Source: a virus. From it: a DNA stretch of 64,000 nt. The stretch lies in the IMG/VR virus record IMGVR_UViG_3300035661_000010; one strand, 5' to 3'. The position numbers were made by a program, and so were the translations under genes. This document shows positions 35,404 to 43,810 of the stretch, in pieces. Below the pieces are notes generated by a model that had not been told where the DNA came from, did no database searches, and saw nothing but the letters and a program-made list of their open reading frames with translations. How positions within the stretch are numbered: the stretch's first letter is position 1; each line of letters opens with the position of its first letter.

Positions 35404-36503
35404 GACCGAGTCGCAGTGACATCGAGCAGATCTTCGAAGGACGTCGCACCGTTCTGTACGCGCACGACCTCCGAGAGAGCCTGCTCATGGACAACGTGTC
35501 CCCATTGAGCTGCGACTTCACGCTTTCGGATGCTTGCCAGCACAAGTGCCACTTCTGCGTCGACGATCGCAACGAGGTTTCTGGCCCGATCATGTCCGAG
35601 GAGGACGCCTTTCGGATCTTGACGCAGCTTCGCAAGCTTGGCGTGATGAGCGTGAACTTCGAAGGCGGAGGCGAGCCAACCATCGCTCCCGCTTTCGTGG
35701 CGGCCATGCGCCATGCTCACGGCAGCGGGATGCACGTCGGGCTCATCACGAACGGCGGCATGCTTCACAAAGAGGAGATTGCAAACACGCTCCTCGACTG
35801 CGCACGCTACGTGCGCATCAGTCTCGATGCGGTGTCCCCGGAGACTCACGAGACGAGTCACGGCGTGAAGGGGCAGTTCAACAAGATCGTCGAGTCCATC
35901 AAGGAGCTCGTTCGACGTCGAGACGCGAAGACCTCGTCGCGGTCACCGTACGAAAAGCTTCCGGTGATCGGACTTGGCTACCTCATCGACGAGAACACGT
36001 TCCAGGGCATGCACCACGCCTTGGCACTTGGGGAGCATACGGGTGTCGACTACGTGTCGTATCGACCCATGCACAGCGACAAGAAGTATGGTGGGTACTA
36101 CCTTCGAGACGACATGAACTTCGCGCACTCGCAGGCGTTGAAGAGGGTCTCCGAAGTGGAGGGTGGTTCGCGAGTCTACGCAGCGATCGACTGGCCCACC
36201 TCGAAGTATGTGCCCACCAAGAAGTGTTTTGCTCACCGAGGCAAGATCACGGTAGGAGCGACGGGCGACGTCTACACGTGCTGTAACAAGCGGTACAACC
36301 AGGACTACAGCTTCGGTCAGCTCAGGCCTGACGTGCCGCTCGAGCGCCTATGGAGCGGGCCGAAGCGCAAGGACGTCATCAAGCGCCTGGAGAACGCCCT
36401 TCAGGACATGAGCCAACACTGCTCCTCTTGCAACAGCGACGATCTGAATCGAACGTATGTGGAGATGAAGCGTCCGAACCTGCATCACCGCTTCATGGGT
36501 TGA
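35400..36503 (+). CDS. Radical SAM enzyme with SPASM/Twitch domain
   Basis: CQHKCHFC, GGGEPT, ITNG, ISLDA, C...GDVYTCC, CSSC. Confidence 0.92.
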   Translation: MRPSRSDIEQIFEGRRTVLYAHDLRESLLMDNVSPLSCDFTLSDACQHKCHFCVDDRNEVSGPIMSEEDAFRILTQLRKLGVMSVNFEGGGEPTIAPAFVAAMRHAHGSGMHVGLITNGGMLHKEEIANTLLDCARYVRISLDAVSPETHETSHGVKGQFNKIVESIKELVRRRDAKTSSRSPYEKLPVIGLGYLIDENTFQGMHHALALGEHTGVDYVSYRPMHSDKKYGGYYLRDDMNFAHSQALKRVSEVEGGSRVYAAIDWPTSKYVPTKKCFAHRGKITVGATGDVYTCCNKRYNQDYSFGQLRPDVPLERLWSGPKRKDVIKRLENALQDMSQHCSSCNSDDLNRTYVEMKRPNLHHRFMG

Positions 36504-36621
36504 AGATGGAGAAGCAGACGTCGTTGAACCTGGACTCGCAAGAGTCGATCGACATCATGACTCGCGAGGAGTTTGGGTACGCGAGAGCAGCGCTGCATAC
36601 CCAACGGAGCTTCCGCTCTCA

Positions 36622-37095
36622 ATGAACGGAGCGGTCTTCTCGGAGTCCGAGCACTATCGGTACCGATTGTGGCGTGTCTGGTCGAAGACGAAGGGTCGAG
36701 TCCTGTTCGTCATGCTCAATCCGAGCACGGCAGACTTCAAGAAGAACGACCCTACGGTTCGAAAGTGCATCATGTACGCCCAAAAGTGGGGCTATGGATC
36801 GGCCGAGGTCGTGAACATCTTCGCCTGGAGGTCTACGGACCCGAAGGCTCTCTACGACGCCAAGGACCCGGTCGGACCTGAAAACGATCGTCACATCCTC
36901 CAGGCCGCGGGCAACGCGCAGAAGATCATCTGTGCCTGGGGTGCTCACGGCGCCCTCAAAGGCCGAGGTCACAACGTGCTGCGCATGCTTCGTGATGACG
37001 GGTACCAGGTACAGGCTCTCCATCGAACGAAGGATGGACAGCCCGGACATCCCTTGTATCTCGCTGGAAGTGCGGTACCTGTCGACTTTCTATGA
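36622..37095 (+). CDS. DUF1643 family protein
   Basis: YRYRLWRVW, MLNPSTAD..NDPT, VNIFAWRSTDP, CAWG, HPLY. Confidence 0.88.
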   Translation: MNGAVFSESEHYRYRLWRVWSKTKGRVLFVMLNPSTADFKKNDPTVRKCIMYAQKWGYGSAEVVNIFAWRSTDPKALYDAKDPVGPENDRHILQAAGNAQKIICAWGAHGALKGRGHNVLRMLRDDGYQVQALHRTKDGQPGHPLYLAGSAVPVDFL

Positions 37096-37376
37096 AAGCT
37101 GACCAGGTCGTCTGTCCACGCTGTCTCGCGAACCACGGCCACAAAGCACTCGGATGCGCTACGCCACACACGCATGCCCACATGATCTGTGGGACGTGCA
37201 ACTGGTCGTGGACGACCTACGACGTCTCATACCTGAAGCTGGAGAACGTGTTCGAGAGGTTCAGGAACGGACTCGATCCGGAGCCTGTCTTCGAGAAAAA
37301 CGACGGAACGAAAGACGAGTCGAAGTGGTGGGTGAACGACGACGGTTCGCATAGAGCGAACCCCGACGTGAGGTAA
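37092..37376 (+). CDS. Small Zn-ribbon protein
   Basis: CPRC...CGTC; ATGA overlap. Confidence 0.55.
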   Translation: MKADQVVCPRCLANHGHKALGCATPHTHAHMICGTCNWSWTTYDVSYLKLENVFERFRNGLDPEPVFEKNDGTKDESKWWVNDDGSHRANPDVR

Positions 37377-37388
37377 GGACGAAGAGCC

Positions 37389-37841
37389 ATGGCAAGATGG
37401 AACGTTGGCGAGAAAAACGGCCAATGGAAGGGTGGTCGAACCGTAACCAAGGACGGGTACGTCTTGATCATGGTCGGAAAAGACCATCACCTCGCAGACG
37501 TTCGTGGATACGCGTACGAACATCGCCTCGTTGCGGAGAGAAAGCTTGGAAGAAGACTTCGTCGCGATGAAGAGGTTCATCACGACGATGAAAATAAGTC
37601 GAACAACAGTCCTGGCAACCTAGTCGTGACACGCGGCACCAAGAGACGACTTCGACATTTTGTTCATCATCGCACCAAGCCTTCTGTGCTGAAGAGACCA
37701 GAACAAAGAAATCGCACTGTGCTCTGCGCTTGCGGTTGCAAGACGGAGATGAAGAGGTTCGACAAGTACGGTCGACCAAGACGATTCATGCCAAGTCACA
37801 ACATGAGAGTGAGGGCACGATGGGCCAAAAAACGTCCATAG
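37389..37841 (+). CDS. HNH endonuclease-like protein
   Basis: WKGGR..GYV, YEHRLVAERKLGRRL, EVHHDDENKSNN..NL, CACGC. Confidence 0.85.
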   Translation: MARWNVGEKNGQWKGGRTVTKDGYVLIMVGKDHHLADVRGYAYEHRLVAERKLGRRLRRDEEVHHDDENKSNNSPGNLVVTRGTKRRLRHFVHHRTKPSVLKRPEQRNRTVLCACGCKTEMKRFDKYGRPRRFMPSHNMRVRARWAKKRP

Positions 37842-38632
37842 AGTGGTGCGACCATACGTTCAACCCGTGGGCTGGATGTGCGAAGATCAGTCCAGCTTGT
37901 AAGTCATGTTATGCGGAAAACATCTCGCATAGGTTCGGCTGGAATGTATGGGGCACCGAGTCCCCTCGAAGGTTCTTCGGCGATAAGCACTGGAACGAAC
38001 CGGTGAAGTGGGACCGCGCCGTCAAGGATCCCAACAAAAGACCCAAGGTCTTCTGCGCGTCGATGGCTGATGTATTCGAGCTGCGGAGCGATCTTGATGT
38101 CCACCGCGATCGCCTGTGGAAGCTGATCGAAGCTACGCCTGGCCTCGTTTGGCTGCTGCTCACGAAGCGTCCAGAGAACGTGAAGAAGATCTATGGAGAG
38201 ACGCTACGAGCCAACATGTGGCTCGGTACGACGGTCGAGAACCAGAAGTACACGTCACGCATCGAGAGCCTGTTGAGAATCAACGCTCCGGTGAGGTTTC
38301 TGTCATGTGAGCCGATGCTGGGCCCGATCGACTTCAACACGTGCGGCATTTGGCATCCGGGAATGCATGACATGTACCTGGAGGGCGTTCACTGGGTCAT
38401 AGCAGGAGGAGAGTCTGGGCCAGGAGCTCGTCAGCCAAGCCTCGACTGGTATCGAACGATCCGCGATCAGTGTGGGTACGCCAAAGTGCCGTTCTTCTTC
38501 AAGCAGCACGGTAACTGGGCGCCTGGAGCGAACGGGCTTGTGCGGCTCCGGAGTAAGAAAGACGGAGGCCGCCTACTGGATGGCGTCGAACACAACGGCG
38601 TCCCCCTCGACCAGAACGGGAATCCGCGATGA
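37820..38632 (+). CDS. Phage Gp37/Gp68 (DUF5131) radical-SAM-like protein
   Basis: TSIEWCDHTFNPWAGCAKISPACKSCYA, VFCASMADVF, LLTKRP, LSCEP, WVIAGGESG, FFFKQ. Confidence 0.92.
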   Translation: MGQKTSIEWCDHTFNPWAGCAKISPACKSCYAENISHRFGWNVWGTESPRRFFGDKHWNEPVKWDRAVKDPNKRPKVFCASMADVFELRSDLDVHRDRLWKLIEATPGLVWLLLTKRPENVKKIYGETLRANMWLGTTVENQKYTSRIESLLRINAPVRFLSCEPMLGPIDFNTCGIWHPGMHDMYLEGVHWVIAGGESGPGARQPSLDWYRTIRDQCGYAKVPFFFKQHGNWAPGANGLVRLRSKKDGGRLLDGVEHNGVPLDQNGNPR

Positions 38633-39072
38633 ACCGCAACGGCATGGAGGAGTGGGAGGTCAACGTTCAGCAACGTCCGGCCCGCGAGAACCACCACCTT
38701 GTCTGTCCTGAGTGCGGCGCGAAGCTCGTTCTTCGTTCTCGTAGGGACGGGAAGTGGTTCTACGGATGCGAGATGTGGATGGACACGAAGTGCGACGGCG
38801 GGATCGGGGCGCATCCAGACGGCACACCGCTCGGGATCCCGGCGAACAAGGAGACGAAGAAGGCGAGGGTCGAGGCCCATCGATCCTTCGATCGCCTTTG
38901 CACCGAAGGGAAGATGTCGAAAGGCAAAGCCTACAAGTGGATGAAGAAGACGTTGCAGCTCGCGAACGGCATGAGCCACATCGCGATGATGACGAAGAGT
39001 CAGTGCGAGGCACTGGTGGCGGCAGTAGACACGAAGCTCGGGAAGAAGGAACAGCATGTCGACGACAGATGA
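38629..39072 (+). CDS. Zn-ribbon protein (DUF3268-like)
   Basis: CPECG...FYGC...C...IGAH.DGTPLG.PA...R.EAH..FD.L...AY.W...HI. Confidence 0.7.
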   Translation: MNRNGMEEWEVNVQQRPARENHHLVCPECGAKLVLRSRRDGKWFYGCEMWMDTKCDGGIGAHPDGTPLGIPANKETKKARVEAHRSFDRLCTEGKMSKGKAYKWMKKTLQLANGMSHIAMMTKSQCEALVAAVDTKLGKKEQHVDDR

Positions 39073-40696
39073 AAAGGTGTACACGCTCCTCTGCCCATTC
39101 GGAGGGATTGGCGCAGGAGCCTTGGGATTCCTTCGTGCTCGGTTGAAGATGCTCGGAGTCGAGGCTCGGTGGAAGGTCATCGGCAACATCGACAACGACA
39201 AGCTTGCCTGTGAAGACTTCGAGTACCTGACGAAGTCGAAGGCCGTCTGCGCCGACATCCAGGCGATGACGGCCAAGGAGCTGATCGCTCACTTCGGTCC
39301 GGAGCCACCGGACGCTGTCTTCAGCAGCCCGCCGTGCAAGGGCTTCAGTGGTCTGCTCTCGGAGAAGCGGTCGAAGACGGACAAGTACCAGAAGATGAAC
39401 CGGCTCATCCTCGACTGGATGGAGCTGATGTTCAAGGCATGGCCAGAAGGCCCTCGGCTCGTACTCATCGAGAACGTGCCCAGGATCCAGTCACGCGGCG
39501 CTCCGCTTCTCCGCCAGATCAAGGAGATACTGAACGCGCACGGTTACGTCTGCCACGGCAGCACTCATGATTGTGGTGAGCTCGGTGGTCTCGGCCAGCA
39601 TCGTCAACGCTTCCTGCTCGTTGCTCGAAAGTATAAAAAGGTCCCTGCGATTCTGTTTCAACCGATCAAGAAGCGGGTGAAGGCGTGCGGCGAAGTCCTG
39701 GAGAAGCTGCCCATGCCGAATGATCCGGCTGGCGGCCCCATGCACGTTCTTCCAAAGGTCTCGTGGTTGAACTGGGTCCGGTTGTCCCTCATCCCAGCTG
39801 GTGGAGACTGGAGGGATCTCCCGGGCGTGCTCGAGGAAGGACAGGAGCGCCGATCCAAGTTCAAGCGTAAGGCCGTTGAGAGCTGGTACGCACCAACGGG
39901 GACGATTGGCGGACCGGGCTCGAATGGTGTCGAGAATGTCGCGGATCCGCGCGTCACGTCCATCTCGAACAGCCAGAACACTCACCAGAACAAGTACGCC
40001 ATCATCGAGTGGGACAAGGCAAGCAAGACTGTCATCGGAGCGGCGAGGCCAGGCTCAGGAGCCCTGAACGTGGCTGACCCTCGCATCCCCAAGGACATCA
40101 AGCTCAACATCGTGATGCCACCTGCGGTCTGCTACGACCATGGCTATGGGGTCCTGGACTTCTGGAATCAGCCATCCTCCACCATCGCCGCGGGGTCAGC
40201 TGTAGGTCAGGGCGCGTATTCGGTAGCTGATCCTCGCCTGATCCCGAAGGCAGAGCCGTACAAAGGAACGTACGGAGTGCTCGACTGGAAGGAGGTGGCG
40301 AAGACCGTCACCGGCAACGCTCGTCTCGATACGGGCACGTTCGCCGTGGCGGATCCGCGAGACAACCGTCCGCACTGGATTATCAACAAGCTCACGGACA
40401 AGCCACCGTTCGTCCCAGTCATCGTAGCCGAGGACGGAACGTGGCACCGACCGCTAACCACCCTGGAGCTTGCCGCCCTTCAGTCGATCCCGACAGAAGT
40501 GGACGGGAAGCCCTTGAAGCTCGCCGGGAACAGCATCTCTGGCTGGCGCGAGCGAATCGGGAACGCCGTTCCGGTGGACACGGCTGAAGCCATTGGCGTA
40601 AGGATGCTCACGGTCCTTCTGGAGAGCGATACGAACGCATTCATGCTGTCTTCTGGTGGAGCGGTATGGGTGGAGCCAGCACGGCTCGACTCGTAA
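39056..40696 (+). CDS. dcm: DNA cytosine-C5 methyltransferase
   Basis: Motif I FGGIG, IV SPPCKGFS, VI ENVP, VIII QHRQR, IX RPLT..ELAALQ, X IGNAVP. Confidence 0.93.
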   Translation: MSTTDEKVYTLLCPFGGIGAGALGFLRARLKMLGVEARWKVIGNIDNDKLACEDFEYLTKSKAVCADIQAMTAKELIAHFGPEPPDAVFSSPPCKGFSGLLSEKRSKTDKYQKMNRLILDWMELMFKAWPEGPRLVLIENVPRIQSRGAPLLRQIKEILNAHGYVCHGSTHDCGELGGLGQHRQRFLLVARKYKKVPAILFQPIKKRVKACGEVLEKLPMPNDPAGGPMHVLPKVSWLNWVRLSLIPAGGDWRDLPGVLEEGQERRSKFKRKAVESWYAPTGTIGGPGSNGVENVADPRVTSISNSQNTHQNKYAIIEWDKASKTVIGAARPGSGALNVADPRIPKDIKLNIVMPPAVCYDHGYGVLDFWNQPSSTIAAGSAVGQGAYSVADPRLIPKAEPYKGTYGVLDWKEVAKTVTGNARLDTGTFAVADPRDNRPHWIINKLTDKPPFVPVIVAEDGTWHRPLTTLELAALQSIPTEVDGKPLKLAGNSISGWRERIGNAVPVDTAEAIGVRMLTVLLESDTNAFMLSSGGAVWVEPARLDS

Positions 40697-40765
40697 CCTA
40701 CGTTCGTTGCATGCAAGCGTCACCGCGTTGTAGAGTTTCCTTCGTACCTACCGAAGGAACGATCG

Positions 40766-41563
40766 ATGTACAGCTCGAATGGCGTTGCACTATCAAAGTC
40801 GTGCACCGCACCCATGGTCGACAGCAGTGACCTGCTCGGGGATCAAGAGGCGCTTCGCAAGCGCTACGCAGAGGACGGCTACCTGAAGTTCTCGGGTCTG
40901 CTCCCAAAGAAGCGGGTACTCGGTATCCGGAAGCTGTACTTCGACCTGTTCAACTTCAAGTCGGATGGGTGTCCTTCACATGGAACGCCAGGCCATCCAG
41001 CTTTTTCGTTTGTTCGGTCGGAGGTCTTCGATTCGTTCGCCAAGCCAGAGGAGATGTTTCAGATCTCTGAGGCGCTCTTGCAGATAGATTCAGTGGTTCC
41101 GCTCAAGCGGAGACCGCTCCGTCACTTCAAGAAAGGACACGCTGCCTCGCGGGCGCATGCGGATCTGAGCTACGTCGATCAGGGCACCAAGGACGTCGTC
41201 ACGTTCTGGGTGCCGATCGGGGACTGTCTCGCAGATACGGGGTCTCTCACGTACCTCGAAGGATCGCACAAGATCGGCATCGACAAGCTGCGTCAGACGA
41301 TGAGCGATCGCACCGACAGTCCGAATGACAAGCGGCGCCTCAGCCACGATCTGCAAGCACTTGCGGAACGAACGGGAAGGAAATGGCTGGTCAGCGACTT
41401 CGAGGCTGGAGACGTGGTCTGCCACTCTCCGTACATCATCCATGCTTCGCTCGACTGTCGCACCGATGAACCGCGGCTATCCACGGACCTTCGCTTCGTG
41501 CGGCTCGGAGACGAGATCGACCCGCGCTGGTTGAAAGACTGGCGAGCAGACGACGGTTACTAG
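40766..41563 (+). CDS. PhyH-family Fe(II)/2-oxoglutarate dioxygenase
   Basis: EDGYL, AHAD..Y, TFWVPIGD...GSLTYLEGSH, GDVVCH...HAS...RLSTDLRF. Confidence 0.88.
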   Translation: MYSSNGVALSKSCTAPMVDSSDLLGDQEALRKRYAEDGYLKFSGLLPKKRVLGIRKLYFDLFNFKSDGCPSHGTPGHPAFSFVRSEVFDSFAKPEEMFQISEALLQIDSVVPLKRRPLRHFKKGHAASRAHADLSYVDQGTKDVVTFWVPIGDCLADTGSLTYLEGSHKIGIDKLRQTMSDRTDSPNDKRRLSHDLQALAERTGRKWLVSDFEAGDVVCHSPYIIHASLDCRTDEPRLSTDLRFVRLGDEIDPRWLKDWRADDGY

Positions 41564-41638
41564 CTATAGATCGCTCGTTTTCGAACAGAGACGGTTGTAT
41601 GAATCGGTCATGGACAAGAGTCCGGACAGGTTCTTCTG

Positions 41639-42424
41639 ATGAGAGTTCTGGTAGTCGCTCCGCATGCGGATGACGAAGTGCTCGGAGCTGGTGGGTACAT
41701 GGCGAAGCTCGCCAACGCTGGTCACGAGGTCTTCGTCTTGATCATGTGCGATCGTTCAGAGGGGCATTCGTACGATCCGCAGTTGATCGGATTCCTTCGC
41801 GATTGCGCCCTGAAAGCAAACGCGATTCTTGGAACGAAAGCGGTGTTCTTCGCTCACCTTCGCGAGGAACGACTTGACACGTCACTTTCGGACGTCATCG
41901 TTCCGATTGAGAAGCACATTGCCATGATCCGTCCATCACTTGTGATGCTGCCGCATCGAGGCGACGTGAACCAAGATCATCGAGCGGTCTTCGAGGCTGG
42001 GCTTGTGGCCACGCGCACGCTCGGTAACTGGGAAGACAAGTACACCGAGAACGAGCTCCGCGGCGCCGCTTCTCCGTACAAGCAGAAGGAGAAGACGGCT
42101 CGACGTTACAACGTGCAGAAGGTCCTCTGTTACGAGGTCCCCTCAACGACAGAGCAAGCTCCGCCAGGGTGGGGGTTCAATCCGAATGTCTTCGTCGACA
42201 TCACCGACACTCTGGAACAAAAGGTAAGAGCTCTCGCTTGCTACACCAGCGAGACGGATGCCTTTCCGTTTCCTCGATCTCTCGAAGGTATGCGAGTGGT
42301 CGCTAGGTTCAGAGGTATGGCTGCCTCCTTCGAAGCCGCCGAGGCGTTCGAGTTGAAAAGGGAGATCGTGTTCACTACCAACGGAAGCAGTACGACGAAG
42401 AGTAAGGTGAAGAGGAAGCGATGA
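41639..42424 (+). CDS. PIG-L/LmbE family N-deacetylase
   Basis: VVAPHADDEVLGAGG, DVNQDH, YEVPSTT, PNVFVDI, AEAF. Confidence 0.92.
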   Translation: MRVLVVAPHADDEVLGAGGYMAKLANAGHEVFVLIMCDRSEGHSYDPQLIGFLRDCALKANAILGTKAVFFAHLREERLDTSLSDVIVPIEKHIAMIRPSLVMLPHRGDVNQDHRAVFEAGLVATRTLGNWEDKYTENELRGAASPYKQKEKTARRYNVQKVLCYEVPSTTEQAPPGWGFNPNVFVDITDTLEQKVRALACYTSETDAFPFPRSLEGMRVVARFRGMAASFEAAEAFELKREIVFTTNGSSTTKSKVKRKR

Positions 42425-42951
42425 GTGAAAAGATCGGAGAGTTCAGGATCTCGAACCTCGTTCCTGAGGACTACGCATCGATCATCTCTGTCGAGATATC
42501 GGCCTTCAGTGGAGACAAGGTGATGGGCGTCGAAAACATCGCGGACCTGTACGTGTACGACGGACTCAGGTTCTCGCTCAAAGCCACTGTGGACGACAGT
42601 GACATGGTTGGCTACATGCTCGTGCACGTGATGGCGGAGAACGAGAGTCGTCGCATGCTCTACCTGGCTGACTTCGCCGTCAGACCAGAGTTTCAACGCA
42701 TGAACGTCGGATGGCAGATGATGCGGTCGTTCATGTGCGCGATGAAAGAAGAGAGGGTTGTTACGCTCTTCGACATGGAGCTTGTCGAAGGCTCACACAA
42801 GATGATGGAGAAGCGTCGCGACGACATATCGAAGCTCGGGTGGGAGAAGCTGAGCGAGCACAAGCTCTCCGACTATCACGGCGATCAAGACCATGCCTGG
42901 TACCACCTGTACGCGCTCTGCCCGAAAGACACCGATGCTGGTTCAAGATGA
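42421..42951 (+). CDS. GNAT acetyltransferase
   Basis: VGYML...LYLADFAVRPEFQRMNVGWQMM. Confidence 0.8.
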   Translation: MSEKIGEFRISNLVPEDYASIISVEISAFSGDKVMGVENIADLYVYDGLRFSLKATVDDSDMVGYMLVHVMAENESRRMLYLADFAVRPEFQRMNVGWQMMRSFMCAMKEERVVTLFDMELVEGSHKMMEKRRDDISKLGWEKLSEHKLSDYHGDQDHAWYHLYALCPKDTDAGSR

Positions 42952-43810
42952 ACACTTGGTGGACTCGCTCTTCCTCGATCTGAAAGAGAAGAACGCGCAG
43001 CACGTAGCGGACACCCTCTGGTATCGAAAGGCCATCACTGGTCGCGCCAAGCCGTTTGTGTTCATTGGTCGACAGAGTCATGTGTTCGCGTGGCAGCTCG
43101 AAAGCGGAGCCTCTGAAGTGTGGGGCGGCGAGACGTTCGTGGAGCAAGATGCGCTTCCGATGAACGAGGTCGACGCTTGTCAGTTCGTCGAGGAAATGCC
43201 GAAACCTTTTTGGTCGTTCACGTCTGGCGCCCATGAGATCTTGAAGCCAAAGCTCCAGGACGAGTACTCGTCGATGCGGATCGATCTTTGTCCATATCGA
43301 TCGATGGAAGAGTACGAGGCCACGGTCTGGTCGAGCAAGCGTCGCCGAAACCTGACTCAAGAACTTCGCCAGTACGACAGGTTCAGTAGATCGCTGTCGA
43401 CACTATTTGATGCGCGGGATCTGTCATGGTTGCTGGACCTGAATGCGACTGTGTCCATCAAGATGGGCGAGGTTCCGTACTACGAGAGTGGCAACAGGCT
43501 CGGAGGCTTGTGCAAGCTTCTCGGAACTGCGTCTGCGCTGGGATTCTATCGGTGCCTCAAGATCTACGATGGCGAGCGCCTCGCGGCGGCGGAAGTGTTT
43601 GTCGAGCATGCGCCGACCAGATCGATCCTGTCATTCATGGGGCACGCGCTTCCTGAATACTCAGGACTCGGAAAAGTCCTGTACAAAGAAGTGATCGCCA
43701 GAGCCATCAGCGTTGGAATCGAAACGGTCGACGTTGGAAATTACAAGAGCGACATCAAACTTCTGTTCAAGTATCGACCGCTGCCAACGTACGACGTGGA
43801 GATTGTGTGA
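42935..43810 (+). CDS. FemAB/CelD-BcsL-like GNAT-fold transferase
   Basis: IDL..YRSMEEY...SSKRRRNL...LAAA...YSGLGKVL...AISVG...VDVG. Confidence 0.6.
   Translation: MLVQDEHLVDSLFLDLKEKNAQHVADTLWYRKAITGRAKPFVFIGRQSHVFAWQLESGASEVWGGETFVEQDALPMNEVDACQFVEEMPKPFWSFTSGAHEILKPKLQDEYSSMRIDLCPYRSMEEYEATVWSSKRRRNLTQELRQYDRFSRSLSTLFDARDLSWLLDLNATVSIKMGEVPYYESGNRLGGLCKLLGTASALGFYRCLKIYDGERLAAAEVFVEHAPTRSILSFMGHALPEYSGLGKVLYKEVIARAISVGIETVDVGNYKSDIKLLFKYRPLPTYDVEIV

Noticed and set aside
35400-38632. 7-deazaguanine modification pathway (radical SAM as QueE, ParB neighbours)
   Set aside because: No FolE, QueD, QueC or DpdA/TGT motifs seen; the radical SAM has a SPASM-type extension unlike QueE
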